Counted from the first letter of the stretch, positions 30,774 to 42,157 are shown. The stretch: 64,000 nt of DNA from Candidatus Latescibacterota bacterium (GCA_965237525.1 CBDEFO010000007.1:480001-544000), one strand, 5' to 3'. The notes: generated by a model not told the origin, from the sequence alone. Numbers and translations are program-made.

Positions 30774-32018
30774 ATGGATAGAATAACTCTTCCCATGTGT
30801 TCGTGGGAGGACAGGAACATGGACCTGGAGATGCCGTCGAATTGGAGTGTCAAGGTGCTGGAGTCGAGGGAATGTCCAGTATTGACAGATGATCAGATAA
30901 GGGAAAGGTTTGCGAAGTCTATCGGAACTTTGCCTATAAGGGAACTTGCAAAAGGAAAGAAGAGAGCCTGCATCTTGACGGACGATCTGAGCCGCCCTAC
31001 TCCCTCTTATAAGGTTCTTCCCTATATCCTGGAGGAGTTGAAGAAGGGAGGGATCGATGAGCGTAACATCCTTATCATAATGGCTTACGGATGTCATAGA
31101 CATATGACGCGGTCGGAGATGGAAAAGAAGCTCGGTACGGGAATCATGGGGAGGATCGAGGCGATATGTCACGATGCTCTGAACGATTTAGAGTTTTTGG
31201 GAGAACTTTCGAGAGGAACTCCGCTCTATGTTAATAAGTATGCGATGGAGTGCGATCTGAAGATCGGCCTTGGAGGGATATATCCGCACGCAGGGTCAGC
31301 CTGGGGAGGAGGGGCTAAGATCGTGCTGGCAGGGATCGCGGGGAGGGATAGCTGTGGACATAATCACATGAACCTGAAGGCGGGAGGTCTTGCCGGGGAT
31401 CTGGAGAATGAGTGGAGGATGGATATGGAGGAGGCCGCAGGAAGAGTGGGATTAGATGCAATCGCCAATGTGGTTTTGAACAAGAGGAAGGAGATAATAG
31501 GCCTCTTTGTGGGGGATTTCATCAGGGCTCACAGGGAGGGCGTGAAGTTTGCAAGTCGTGCGTGCGCCGTGCCCCGTCCAGAGGATGCCGACATTGTAAT
31601 CGCGAATAGTTACCCGATGGATTATCAACTGATATTTGTAGCCAAGGGAAGTTGGCCCGTCCACTATGCCAAGGAGGGCGGGACCAGGATATTGATCGGT
31701 GGATGTCCAGACGGAGTCGGCTATCACAGTCTGTTAAGACCCGGAGTTGCGACTACGAAGGTGGGCAAGCATATAGATGAGGCGGAGTTTATCCTCTATT
31801 CCCCGATAATAGGTCCAGCCGAGGCGTTCAGGGTCTATCCAGAGTGCGCTTTTTATAGTTCGTGGCATAAGTTGCTGGACGATCTGTACGAAAGATATGG
31901 GAATAGCGAAGTGGATGTGGCTGTGTATCCTTATGCTGCTATTCAGATTCCCGATAAGGTAGAAAAGAAGGTTATGACGTTCAGAAAGGAATTGCAGGAA
32001 AGACAGAATGAGATATAA
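30774..32018 (+). CDS. LarA (nickel-pincer lactate racemase) family protein
   Basis: DDLSRPTP, AYGCHRHM, PHAGSAWGGGAKIVLAG, HNH, CPDGVG. Confidence 0.88.
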   Translation: MDRITLPMCSWEDRNMDLEMPSNWSVKVLESRECPVLTDDQIRERFAKSIGTLPIRELAKGKKRACILTDDLSRPTPSYKVLPYILEELKKGGIDERNILIIMAYGCHRHMTRSEMEKKLGTGIMGRIEAICHDALNDLEFLGELSRGTPLYVNKYAMECDLKIGLGGIYPHAGSAWGGGAKIVLAGIAGRDSCGHNHMNLKAGGLAGDLENEWRMDMEEAAGRVGLDAIANVVLNKRKEIIGLFVGDFIRAHREGVKFASRACAVPRPEDADIVIANSYPMDYQLIFVAKGSWPVHYAKEGGTRILIGGCPDGVGYHSLLRPGVATTKVGKHIDEAEFILYSPIIGPAEAFRVYPECAFYSSWHKLLDDLYERYGNSEVDVAVYPYAAIQIPDKVEKKVMTFRKELQERQNEI

Positions 32019-32039
32019 GAGGTTAGAAAGGGAAGCTAA

Positions 32040-32062
32040 CCCCCAATAGATTCAATCGGGGG
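32040..32062 (+). repeat. 23-bp palindromic element copy
   Basis: CCCCCAATAGATTCAATCGGGGG. Confidence 0.85.
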
Positions 32063-32342
32063 GATTAAGACGATCCTTACAGGTACAGTTCGAAGGAGTC
32101 TTCTCTTCTTGAAGGTGCTAGCGGCCATGGTTGAGTCCATTTAGGTACCCCTTGTTCCTCAGAATCCTGTGGGTCTAACCTTAAGGAAAACATACTTTGC
32201 ACAGAAGCTCCAATTAGTTGGGACACCAGGAGGTGCTAGATTCTTCCTTCTATGCCCTTTCATAAGGTATGATACGAGATCCCTCTTAAAAGTAAATAAC
32301 AACATAGAAAAGTCAGCAAAACAAATTATACGAGAAGGAATT

Positions 32343-33242
32343 ATGATGAAAAACATATTTGCGGTATCTACCATTCTGGTATCTGTGCTTTTTACAGTCG
32401 GGCCGGGTATTGCTCATCTGCGGTCAGAAAGGACATTCGTAGCTGTCCAGGTGCCTATCAATACCAGTGAGTTCCAGAACATTAAGGTAGACGGTGACCT
32501 CAGCGAGTGGGCTAACGTTCCTGATTTGCTATGGGTGACGCATGCCGATTTGATAGAGACCGTGCGGGGCCTCGGGGATCCGGACTCCTCCAACCTTGCC
32601 GAAAGGATAATCGTGGGGTGGAGTCCGGTGACCAACCTGATATACACGATGGAGGATAGGTACGACGATGTTTCTCTTTACTTTACATCAGAAACCATTT
32701 ACGAGATGCTCGAGTGGGTCATCGACGCTGACCACAGCGGAGGACGGTACCAGGTCATGCAAGATCTCGATCTGGACCCGGACAGGAACAACTCATCTCA
32801 GGCTCAGAATTACCACTATTTTCTGAAGAGAAAGGATCCCATCTGGTTTTGGGGAGCAGCCTCGTGGCCGGGCTTACCTCCTTATGCCCACATAAGCTGG
32901 ACCTTTGAGGGTGAAATGGGCGGACCGGGCACATTGAATGTTGAGACATACTTCATGGGATTTGATGATATAGATTTTAGAAGTGTTGATGATAGCATAA
33001 TACATACGTATGAGGAGGGCGCTATCATCGGAGTAGGCTTTGCCGTTATAGACACTGATAAGAGCGAAGTTGATGGCTACAACGGTTTCTGGACGAACAG
33101 CGGGGCCACAAGATTGGATAGACATGCCGACAACTTCGTCGACTATCTCCTGGCCCCCTTTGATCCGAATATCTGGGTGCCCGCCGGGACAGCAGTTGAT
33201 CGTGACACGCCAGGTCGCGTCAAGTCAACCTTGTCCGAATAA
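32343..33242 (+). CDS. Secreted CBM9/DOMON-like protein, paralog of 44222-45094
   Basis: Signal peptide from ATG 32343; IKVDGDLSEW, GWSPVTNLIY, IDADHSGGR; C-terminus TAVDRDTPGRVKSTLSE. Confidence 0.75.
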   Translation: MMKNIFAVSTILVSVLFTVGPGIAHLRSERTFVAVQVPINTSEFQNIKVDGDLSEWANVPDLLWVTHADLIETVRGLGDPDSSNLAERIIVGWSPVTNLIYTMEDRYDDVSLYFTSETIYEMLEWVIDADHSGGRYQVMQDLDLDPDRNNSSQAQNYHYFLKRKDPIWFWGAASWPGLPPYAHISWTFEGEMGGPGTLNVETYFMGFDDIDFRSVDDSIIHTYEEGAIIGVGFAVIDTDKSEVDGYNGFWTNSGATRLDRHADNFVDYLLAPFDPNIWVPAGTAVDRDTPGRVKSTLSE

Positions 33243-33898
33243 GAAACAAGTGATCAGGTGCTTCACAGGACTAAAGTATGGGGCCAAGGCATTTGAGTTA
33301 GTTCCACTTGCCCCGAATGAGTGCGGGCGTTTCCTGTCTGATATGCTGAGGAGCACCAGTCCGAAATGTGAACAGAAATCGGATATTCGTACGATATGAT
33401 ATGCGAAATTGAAAAATCGACGATAGCCTTTGTCTATATCTTTTGAGACCCCTGAAGGTTCGACCTTATGGTTGAAATAGTGTCCTCGGATAGGATTGCA
33501 ATGGTCAAGATACTTCGGGTCCTACAAAGGGCAAGGTTTTGGCTGATAGCGTGGTCCTGGAAGCTTTTGTTGATATGACACACGTATCCGCAGGGGCGAA
33601 GATACACTCTATGATACACGAAAGCATTGCTTCTGGCAATCAGGAAATTCCTTTTCCTTCGACGAGTTCTTCGATACTTTTTGGAGACCCAGGTTAGCAG
33701 TAGTCTGGCCTGAAATCAAAGGCAATATTCGGGCCAATTAAACTGTTCCTGGCCTAGACCAACGGTGTGAACGAGCCTGTGGGTATATCGTAGAGATATC
33801 TTCTCGTGAAAGGCTTTACAAGGCAGTCGTCCTGTCCGGAAACTTCTGGTTTCCCTCTTAATTCCAGGACCTAAAGCCATGTAATTTCGCCTTAGCGC

Positions 33899-34720
33899 TT
33901 AACCCTGATCCTCCAGTGGCGCAGGCAATTCAGGGTAGTTGGGGCCTTTGATGGTTGCGCCGATGGGGACGCCTTCGACACTCTCCATTCGAGGGTTCCA
34001 GTTATCGCCCATCCTGCGCGTGTTTCCCGGCATCAGGTGCAGGATGTAGCTGCGGCGCGCGTTGTCCGTCTTGTTGCCATATGAGCCGTGGAAGGTCAGA
34101 CAGTGGTGGAAGTGGCAATGGCCGGCCGGGACCTCGCATGGGACGGGTGTGGAATCCGCCTCGGGGGGAATCCCTGGCTGTTTGAGCAACCACTCTGGAT
34201 CACCGACGTCGACTTCGTCACGCGTGTAACGGAGTTCCCAGCGATGGCTTTGGGGGATCACGTACATGCAACCGTTGTCAACTGCCGCATCGTCCAGGGC
34301 AATCCAGCAGGTTCCTAATTCGGCGGGTCCAACGTTGTCCCAGTAAGTGTAATCCTGATGCCATGCGAGCGCGGCCTTGCGGTCGAAGGGTGGTTTGTAG
34401 ATCATCTGGTCCTCCCACACCCGTACGGGCCCGACCATCAGATCGTGGGAGAGTGAACTGATCGCTTTGTTATTCCAAACATTGGCGAAGACAGGATCGT
34501 GGCGAAACAAATTGACAATTTTTACTGACGGCAATTGCCCCTTTTCTTTAGACTTATCTACTGTTTCTCCCATCAGGTGGCTGGGAAACGCGACGCGACC
34601 CTCAAGGATAAGGTCGATACGCTCCTTAAGTGTGCTGATCTCCTCGTCTGATATGACCCGAGGCCCGGCCAAGTAACCGTTGATTCGATAGAACTCGATT
34701 TGTTTCTCCGTAAAGTGCAT
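33899..34720 (-). CDS. Phytanoyl-CoA dioxygenase (PhyH) family protein
   Basis: FYRINGY, WHQDYTYW, WIALDDA..NGCM.VIPQSH, FHHCLTFHGS..N.TDNARR. Confidence 0.92.
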   Translation of the reverse strand: MHFTEKQIEFYRINGYLAGPRVISDEEISTLKERIDLILEGRVAFPSHLMGETVDKSKEKGQLPSVKIVNLFRHDPVFANVWNNKAISSLSHDLMVGPVRVWEDQMIYKPPFDRKAALAWHQDYTYWDNVGPAELGTCWIALDDAAVDNGCMYVIPQSHRWELRYTRDEVDVGDPEWLLKQPGIPPEADSTPVPCEVPAGHCHFHHCLTFHGSYGNKTDNARRSYILHLMPGNTRRMGDNWNPRMESVEGVPIGATIKGPNYPELPAPLEDQG

Positions 34721-35437
34721 GGCTTCTCCTTTCTGGTTAGGCAATACACTTGTCTCGTTACGTCATGGGTTGGATCGGATATGAACTGAGGTGTCCCTCA
34801 GGGAGTTCCCAGTTACCTGAGAACAAGGCCTACCTTTCGTTGCGACAGCAGTCTCTACCCATGTTAAACTTGCCCGAAATACCGTTGATGATCTCGATTT
34901 GTCGCTGGTTGAGTCGTCATCGTGGAACGGATACACCTTAATCACCTGTCTGCTAGAGGGAATTGTTGTGAGTCAAGTACGTTGTAACCTGCCGCATTCT
35001 TGCCTGCAGAGCTATCAATAATGCTGGCGGTTTTTTGATTCGGGCGAGCCCCAAAAGTCCGGTGTACCACTGGAATGTCTGCAAGCAGAAATTTGCACTC
35101 CGGAAGTCCTGACCAAAGGGTCTACCAGGTGGCTAGCAGTGAAGATTCTCAAGCCCGAAAAGTTTGATTTTTGTCTCGATCAACCAGTTGTTCGCGTCAC
35201 CCCTTATGTTGGGAGGATTTTCGACGTTCGCTGCGCCAGGCAAGGAGAATTCAGCGGCAGATTTTTACGTTCCAGAGATACACGCCCAAGGTCCGGGGTG
35301 TTCACCTCTTTGGCAAGGAGAGCTCCTACAGGTCTGCCCGACGATGATACCACACGCCAGACATACTTCCTGTTACGGACTGTTGAGAACGAGCTAACCC
35401 ATTTTCTATTCCAACCTTAAGGGTGCAGTTACAGCTC

Positions 35438-37621
35438 TCATCTTTGGACTGAGTCCTCATCTTTGACAACGCTCTTCTCCTTATAAAGGAGCGCTAATTT
35501 GAGGCGGACGTCGGAATAGTCCGACTCTATCTTGAGAATCTCTTCGTATTGAGCAATAGCCTCCTCGTACATCCCCTTCTCCTTATAGACAGTAGCGAGA
35601 TTATAACGGGCATCTAGATGTGGGGGTTCGATCGCTAACAGTCTTGTAAATTCAGCTATTGCTTCGTCCAGCATCCCTTTCTTGGCATAAGCAACGCCCA
35701 GGTTATTTCGCGCCTCTAGGTTAGCGTCGCCAGTCTCGATGATTCTCAGGTACTCGTCCACAGCTTCGTCATAGAGTCCCTTCTTATCAAGGATGTAAGC
35801 TAACATAAGACGAACCTCTACATTACCAGGGTCTATTTTGAAGGCACTTTCGCACTCATCTTGCGCCCTGTCGTACATGCCTAATTGTATGTAAGTGTTT
35901 GCTAAAGAAAGACTGGTTTTGATGTACCCTTTCACCATGTCCTTTCGGGCAAGCATCAAGCTCGGCCTGGCCTCCGCAACTTTCCTTCTGGTAGCTATAG
36001 ATTGATCGTACATCCCTACCGCAGCGTAGCTTGAACCGAGATTCAGCCATGCCTCCCAGTAATCCTCTTTAAGAGAGACAACCTTCTCAAACTCCACGAT
36101 AGCGCTTGCATACATTTTCTTGCTCATGTACATTGTGCCGACGTTATAATGAATCTCAGCATTGTCGGCGGTGTCCATCTTTCCGATCTTTGTGTTTGCA
36201 GCCAGGGTGAAAAGGACAAACGGCACAACGGAAAGACTCAGAGTCAGATAGCGACCACCTTTAGCGCTCTGGAACCACCACCATATCGTGTAGGCTGCAA
36301 AGATCATCAAAAAGGGCAACACTGGAAGGCGATACCTGGACGTCACCAGAAAAAGGACCACAGAAGCGGCGTAGACTGTAACAAAGATATATAATAGCAG
36401 GAGCTTACGCCAACGGGGAAGAGATATGATCAGACCCACAAGAGCAAGAGGAGACAAAATTCCAAAGGGGAAGGCGATGATCCTCTTCCACACGGAAGCC
36501 CACATCAAAGAGGAATTCCCCCTGGAAAAATAGATTTCCTGATTCCGACCGATTTCGTTCCCGTTCCAGAATAAAAAGAGCTTCTTACAAAGGAGTTTGA
36601 AATACTCTAAGGGCTGGTCTCTGATAAATTCCCACGCCTTGGAGAAGAAGTACCTCGAACTTTCGGAGTGCTTGTCTATGCCCTTCTCTAAAGGTTCAAA
36701 GGAGAGGTTCTCCCACTCCCATCCCGGTCTGATCCCGACGGTTCGATCGTAGTCAGGGTTGTTACCGATGTAGAAATTTATCCCTGCGTTGTAGGAAATT
36801 ATGACAAAATCACCGCCTACAACGTAGTTTCTCAGCGTAACAGTTGAAATCACCAGAAGCCCACCCAGAAGGAAGCTGCCGCACCATACCGCAAATTGTG
36901 AAGTTCTGCTACCTCTTTGGAGTTTGGGTTCTGCAGTCTCTATCGTCCCTCTGTCAGCCGACAGAACTGAATCGACGTTTGACCTGGATCTGAACGCTAT
37001 CCACATCCAGAGCAGGATAAAAGGAGCAAGTGCTAAAACATTGGGGACCGTAATGGCAGATAGGCCGAAGATGAATCCCGAAAGGAGCCACTTCGAAAGG
37101 CGTGGACGTTCAGAAGCCTCTAAAAGAGACAGAATAAGAAGCAGATCCAAAAAGAGGGCGATGGATGCGGGCAGAAGTTCACAGTCAAAATATATCAAGA
37201 TGCCGTAAAGTGCACCCAACAGCGAGGCGATGATACCCACAGACGTATTAAAAAATCGTCTGCTTATCAAAAATATCAGCACACATCCCAAAGAACCGAG
37301 TACAATCTGTATCAGGCGAACTGCCCAGAAGAACTGGTCTTTGAAGATCAGCCGTACTAAAGCCAGAAAGTACGGATAAAAAGGCGGCTGCCAAAAAGGG
37401 CCCTTCCCGAAACCGAGCCAGTTTCCGCCAACTATATCCCTGGCTTGATCTACATAAGTTAATGAGTCTACGACAGGGGAGTCGAAAAGCGGACTATCCG
37501 CTACCTGACTGAGATAGAAAAGCCTTGCTGCCATGGCAATAAGGAAAATGCCTAATGTCTTACTACTGAGGAAGCTCTCAACCCATCCCTTATTCTTGCA
37601 CACCGGCATATACCGTAGCAA
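35438..37621 (-). CDS. GT-C (PMT_2/GT39-like) glycosyltransferase fused to TPR repeats
   Basis: DSLTY, FWQPPFYPYFLA, multiple TM helices, RNY..G, NFYIGNN, RYRLP, C-terminal TPRs. Start codon uncertain. Confidence 0.85.
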   Translation of the reverse strand: MLRYMPVCKNKGWVESFLSSKTLGIFLIAMAARLFYLSQVADSPLFDSPVVDSLTYVDQARDIVGGNWLGFGKGPFWQPPFYPYFLALVRLIFKDQFFWAVRLIQIVLGSLGCVLIFLISRRFFNTSVGIIASLLGALYGILIYFDCELLPASIALFLDLLLILSLLEASERPRLSKWLLSGFIFGLSAITVPNVLALAPFILLWMWIAFRSRSNVDSVLSADRGTIETAEPKLQRGSRTSQFAVWCGSFLLGGLLVISTVTLRNYVVGGDFVIISYNAGINFYIGNNPDYDRTVGIRPGWEWENLSFEPLEKGIDKHSESSRYFFSKAWEFIRDQPLEYFKLLCKKLFLFWNGNEIGRNQEIYFSRGNSSLMWASVWKRIIAFPFGILSPLALVGLIISLPRWRKLLLLYIFVTVYAASVVLFLVTSRYRLPVLPFLMIFAAYTIWWWFQSAKGGRYLTLSLSVVPFVLFTLAANTKIGKMDTADNAEIHYNVGTMYMSKKMYASAIVEFEKVVSLKEDYWEAWLNLGSSYAAVGMYDQSIATRRKVAEARPSLMLARKDMVKGYIKTSLSLANTYIQLGMYDRAQDECESAFKIDPGNVEVRLMLAYILDKKGLYDEAVDEYLRIIETGDANLEARNNLGVAYAKKGMLDEAIAEFTRLLAIEPPHLDARYNLATVYKEKGMYEEAIAQYEEILKIESDYSDVRLKLALLYKEKSVVKDEDSVQR

Positions 37622-40289
37622 AGGCTACACTGCCCGTTTGCGCATCCTCCTCCCCGGCGAACTTCTTTCTGCTCCATCTTAGCCCGAACTGGCTTATCAG
37701 CTTGTATCCCAAGTAGTCCACAACGTTGGAGAATTGCACTGCAAGTACGGATTCTTTAAAGTCGTCCAAAAGTCCTCCTCCAAGAGCGGTATCAGTAGGC
37801 CTCATCTGTCGGAAGATCGTATACTCAACTCCACCTTGAAATTCCGAGTGACTAAGCACTGGTAGTGTGGCTATCGTAAAGAGAATTAGAGTATTTTCCC
37901 TTCGCCTGGGATCTGATCTAAGCGCCGGGGCTTCCAACCTGAGTTCGTTCTTGATCCGGGGCTGGATATCAAAGACCCCTACCTTAAAGGTATAGTCCAC
38001 CTTATTGATCAGGCCGAAAAAGGTGAACTCGTCCCTAAGGTCTGGCCGTTCTGCCCTTTGGTTCCACACATCGAATTTTATCTTGCTGATAAAGTTCAGA
38101 TTTCTCTTCTTTGTGTAGTCAAAACTTACATAGGCGGAATTTATCCAGGTATCTTGAGCTGCCAGAGGATCGATAGTTGGAACGTTCCTCCTTGCTCGTT
38201 CATTCCATTGGCGAAGGTTATCTATTATGTTGTCCTTTGCCAACTTAAAATTCTCGAATATCTTCAGCCTACCTAATGCCGGGAAGTCCTTGTCCAGAGT
38301 AAAGAGGACATAGCTGTTAACATTGTCCCTATCTCCGGAAAGGAGTTCTTCTCTGTTTTGGCCGATCATAAGCCTCACTTCCGGAGTTACATGAAGACCA
38401 ACATAAGCGTTGAATCCTCTATGGTCCCTGTCGTAAGGAAAGTCGGCTGCGTCATCGTTTTCGAACCGATCCACCCATAAATTGTTGTTCATATCTATAC
38501 CGAACAGAAACTCCGGTCGATCTGTGCCGTACCTCAAAAAGGGTTCATCATAGTCAGGCACCGCGTTTGGCCTATCCCTGCTGTCATTTTGGTTAAAGTC
38601 GGATATAAAATCCTGGTTCTCATCGAAGCCCGGAAATACCTTAGTGTCCGAGCCTTGGAATATCCTACTCCAATCGGGGTTTCTATCTTGATCGTCGTTA
38701 TCGTCTACAAATTCGTACGTGAAACTCTGAATATCATTGTAAAATATATCATTCTCACCCCTTGCCGTAATAAATGCGGATGTATTATAATTGTCGTCCA
38801 TGCTGTAAGCCTCTCCCAAGAGGAACCATGGGTAGTCAATCTTTGATATGTTTACCATCCATGCATCGGCTTCGTCGGAGGCTGTTTTGTGCTGTTCCGC
38901 CACCCTGTTGGGATATTTTCTGTAACTGCGGCTCCGGTCATATTCTCCGTAAATATCAAATCCCAAAATATCGTTTGCCTCCAGCGTTACCCCGTATATT
39001 TCGGTGGCCGTTGGCAGACCGTAGTCGATCCTGAGGAGCTTCAGATTCGAGCTGTCTTTAACATTGCCATCGGCTCTGGCTGCTAAGAGATATACTATGT
39101 TTAGATTCCTGTCAAGCTGGCGGTCTGAAGACACTTCGATCCTGTAGTCGTTCGCCACGACTATCTCGAACGTGACCTTCTTTATCTCCGATGGATCAGG
39201 GCCTGTATATGACGCCTCTCTAAAATCAAACAACAGGTCTATCCGTTCAACTCCGCTTGCCTCCCAGAATCCTCTACGCTGGAAGCCGCCCTGAGGAGAA
39301 GGAATGAGTCCCACTTCGCTTGCCCTGACTACCTCCCTTCCGATCTTGATCGTCCTGTTTCCCTCTTCGTCCTCTTCAATGATTTCAACATCTGCTTCTA
39401 TGATCATGTCCCATGAAAATAGCGCGGCTCCACCCTCCTCATCCTCGGGTGAATCGTCCAAAAGCCTTATGAAAAGTTGTGTTATGCTAGTGGCATTTTG
39501 GCCTGTGGAGAGTGATCCGCTTCTCGGGCTCCCCTCGAAGCTCTCTAAAAGCGTCGTAGAGTTATGGGCGTTTACGTAGGTGGCTCCGATTTTGACAAAA
39601 TCGCCCAATTGGGTTGCCACTCTCCCCGCAGTCAAGACCGTCTGGCTTGTGTGTTCTGAGGCGGATGTACCGGAGCCTGCGGGGGAACTGGGCCGGGAAA
39701 GGAGCGCAGTGGCTTCATGTTTGTCGGATTGAAAATCCATCTGGATCCCGCTGAACCCTGGCTTTGAGAAGGTCATCGGAGTCAGGGTCGTCCTGATATC
39801 ATCACCTATAGTTACGGCCAGATGGTACTGTCCCATTTGGTCAGTGGCCACCAGCAAGTTGCTGAAAAAGGTCCTGTATCTTTCAGTCTTGAATATCCTG
39901 CTTCCGCTCTGCTGGGGCAGTGTCTGGGTCCAGTCGTAGATCAACCATCCACGAGTGATATAGGAGCCATAGAGATCGTAGTAATAATCCCCCTCGAGTG
40001 TGATGTCCACATAGCGCTGGTAGCGGTCCCGGGCGTAGTTTGTGTACTCCCACTGCTTCCATTGGTACTCGAGGAAAAGCTCCTGCGGGACATACCATTT
40101 CTTGACCGCCGGGTCCAAAGCGCCGAACAGGACACCAGGTCCGGTCGGTTCGAAGGAGATCTCTCTGCCCCGGCGCACACCTATCCGAGACTCACTCATA
40201 TCTTGAGCATAGGAGATTGTGTTGAAGATCATCACCGCCCAAACCATAGCAGCACCGATACCACGCGCCCTAGATCTGAAAGTTATCAT
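37590..40289 (-). CDS. Large secreted/outer-membrane hypothetical protein (899 aa) with Ca-binding-like DxNxD loops
   Basis: Signal peptide; DDNDDQD, DENQDFISDFNQND, DMNNN motifs; amphipathic beta-strand-like C-terminal half. Confidence 0.75.
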   Translation of the reverse strand: MITFRSRARGIGAAMVWAVMIFNTISYAQDMSESRIGVRRGREISFEPTGPGVLFGALDPAVKKWYVPQELFLEYQWKQWEYTNYARDRYQRYVDITLEGDYYYDLYGSYITRGWLIYDWTQTLPQQSGSRIFKTERYRTFFSNLLVATDQMGQYHLAVTIGDDIRTTLTPMTFSKPGFSGIQMDFQSDKHEATALLSRPSSPAGSGTSASEHTSQTVLTAGRVATQLGDFVKIGATYVNAHNSTTLLESFEGSPRSGSLSTGQNATSITQLFIRLLDDSPEDEEGGAALFSWDMIIEADVEIIEEDEEGNRTIKIGREVVRASEVGLIPSPQGGFQRRGFWEASGVERIDLLFDFREASYTGPDPSEIKKVTFEIVVANDYRIEVSSDRQLDRNLNIVYLLAARADGNVKDSSNLKLLRIDYGLPTATEIYGVTLEANDILGFDIYGEYDRSRSYRKYPNRVAEQHKTASDEADAWMVNISKIDYPWFLLGEAYSMDDNYNTSAFITARGENDIFYNDIQSFTYEFVDDNDDQDRNPDWSRIFQGSDTKVFPGFDENQDFISDFNQNDSRDRPNAVPDYDEPFLRYGTDRPEFLFGIDMNNNLWVDRFENDDAADFPYDRDHRGFNAYVGLHVTPEVRLMIGQNREELLSGDRDNVNSYVLFTLDKDFPALGRLKIFENFKLAKDNIIDNLRQWNERARRNVPTIDPLAAQDTWINSAYVSFDYTKKRNLNFISKIKFDVWNQRAERPDLRDEFTFFGLINKVDYTFKVGVFDIQPRIKNELRLEAPALRSDPRRRENTLILFTIATLPVLSHSEFQGGVEYTIFRQMRPTDTALGGGLLDDFKESVLAVQFSNVVDYLGYKLISQFGLRWSRKKFAGEEDAQTGSVAFATVYAGVQE

Positions 40290-40344
40290 AAAGTACCCCC
40301 CCGGTTACAAGTTAGAACTGCAGAAACTTTTAGATCACTTAAAG

Positions 40345-40379
40345 CCCCCGATTGCTTCTATCGGGGATTCAATCGGGGG
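40345..40379. repeat. Palindromic element copy plus right half of a second copy
   Basis: CCCCCGATTGCTTCTATCGGGGA-TTCAATCGGGGG, abutting the stop of 40380-42155. Confidence 0.8.
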
Positions 40380-42155
40380 TCAATAGACTAAAGATACGCT
40401 TTCTGTTTTCCCCAGTGTCCCCGAATCTGTTTTTAACTCCACACGAAGTAAATACGTTCCAGGCGGAAGCAGTTCACCGCCGTCGTCTGTTCCGTCCCAG
40501 TCCCGTTGGTATCTCCCGCTGGAGTCCTGACCCGAATAGATCTCCTTTCTAAGCCTGCCTGAAAGATCGTATACACTTACGGAGACCGGGACTATATCTG
40601 TCAGGTTTACAATGTCATAGGTTACACAGAGGATATCGTTAATTCCATCTCCGTTCGGTGTAAAGGGATTAGGCTCTGTCTTTATGGAATAGATCACATC
40701 TAATTCTTTATCTATAATTAGAGAGACAGAAAGGTCATCTCCGCCTGCCTGAGAATCCGAGGCTACGTCTCCATCTACAACCGATTGGGGAAACCAGTCG
40801 GGTCTTTGGCTATCCCACACCCTTCCGCTGAAGATTGTGTTAAACTGTAAAGCCAGGCTGTTGAACATTACCCTGAGGATCCTGTCCCCTATGATCCTCC
40901 TTGGAAAGCGTATTTTGAACCCGCCTTTGACATCCGTTTTGTCAATATCATCAACTTCAATTCCATCTATTTGCACCGAGCTTACCAAGTCTACCGGCGC
41001 CAGGGTCTTTATTTCGAGGGTGTCGAAGCCTGTGCTGTTAAAGGATCTTATCGTGTAGGCGAACGTAGTGTCTTGGGCGACGAGTGTAGTTTGCGGCCAT
41101 ATCTCGCCCTTTATGGAGTCAGCCACTGCAGGAGAAACTTGAAAGGCCAGCGAATCGACAGTCGCAGCGGACTGAGGCTCGTTGCTCTCAAAGAGGATGC
41201 GAAACTGAAAAAACCGGCGAGGCGCTGGCAAGAGAATATCAGTAAGGGCGCCCGCCGGGTATGGGATGGACCAATCGCTCCAAACAACGTCGCTGGAGCT
41301 TGTTCCACTTCCACTCCTTGCCCTTACGGTCGCACTTGATTTGGCCGGTTGGCCTATGCTGCCCCGTGGCCATTCTATACCGCCAAAGACGAAACGCTGT
41401 CCCTGTTTGAACATATCAAAAGAATCGAATATCTTTGATGTGTACGCCGCCGAGGATACAAAACCTTCACCGAAGACCTGAAACTCGTCTATCTCCCACT
41501 CCGACCTTACAGTCTGCTGGAGCCGTATAAAACGGATAGTTTGCAATGGGACAGACAGATCAACCACAGGATTGATGTTGCGAAAGGTTCTCTTGAAGAA
41601 TCTGAACACAGGATGCCCTGTAAGGGTCGTCTGCTCCTCGCTCCCATCGTTTAAGGATATCTCATAGCCCCTCAAAAAAAACTGTTCAAAGCCGCTCCTT
41701 GGGAAAAACTTGATCTTGTTGATACCAAAACGCTCGCCCAGGTCTATAAGAATTATCATTCCTGTGGATGAGATATCCCTAACTTCAAAAGCCTCCGTAG
41801 TATCAGCGCTAACCATAGTTGCTAACCGCTCTTCTACGAAAAGGTTAGTCTCTCCAAGAATTTTATCCGCATTAGGTGAAGTTACCGACCCCCCCCTTGC
41901 GATTAAACCCAGAGAGATGTTTTCATTAGGATCGGTCTGTCGAGGTTGAATAAAACCGGGGTTCGTGTCAAAATCTACGACCGACACAACAGAATATTGC
42001 TCGTCCCAGGGAAGGGCGCCCGGGGCCCCTCCTATTACAATCGTCTCCCCATGAGACTTTCTTGTTATAAGTCCAACTGACACAAAAAGAAGGGCTAATA
42101 GCCATGCGTTTCTAAAAAACTGCTGTCCATTCAATCTACTCCTCCTTTTAGGCAA
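40380..42155 (-). CDS. Secreted protein with discoidin-like region and C-terminal FlgD-Ig / gliding-motility-type tail
   Basis: Signal peptide; IDLG...EIDEFQVFGEGF; PNPFTPNGDGIND...VYDLSGR...WDGTDDGGELLPPGTYLLRV. Confidence 0.8.
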   Translation of the reverse strand: MPKRRSRLNGQQFFRNAWLLALLFVSVGLITRKSHGETIVIGGAPGALPWDEQYSVVSVVDFDTNPGFIQPRQTDPNENISLGLIARGGSVTSPNADKILGETNLFVEERLATMVSADTTEAFEVRDISSTGMIILIDLGERFGINKIKFFPRSGFEQFFLRGYEISLNDGSEEQTTLTGHPVFRFFKRTFRNINPVVDLSVPLQTIRFIRLQQTVRSEWEIDEFQVFGEGFVSSAAYTSKIFDSFDMFKQGQRFVFGGIEWPRGSIGQPAKSSATVRARSGSGTSSSDVVWSDWSIPYPAGALTDILLPAPRRFFQFRILFESNEPQSAATVDSLAFQVSPAVADSIKGEIWPQTTLVAQDTTFAYTIRSFNSTGFDTLEIKTLAPVDLVSSVQIDGIEVDDIDKTDVKGGFKIRFPRRIIGDRILRVMFNSLALQFNTIFSGRVWDSQRPDWFPQSVVDGDVASDSQAGGDDLSVSLIIDKELDVIYSIKTEPNPFTPNGDGINDILCVTYDIVNLTDIVPVSVSVYDLSGRLRKEIYSGQDSSGRYQRDWDGTDDGGELLPPGTYLLRVELKTDSGTLGKTESVSLVY

Positions 42156-42157
42156 AG

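Noticed and set aside
35139..35420. Possible IS91-like transposase remnant (IPHARHTSCYGLL)
   Set aside because: Similarity too weak by eye; no ends identified.
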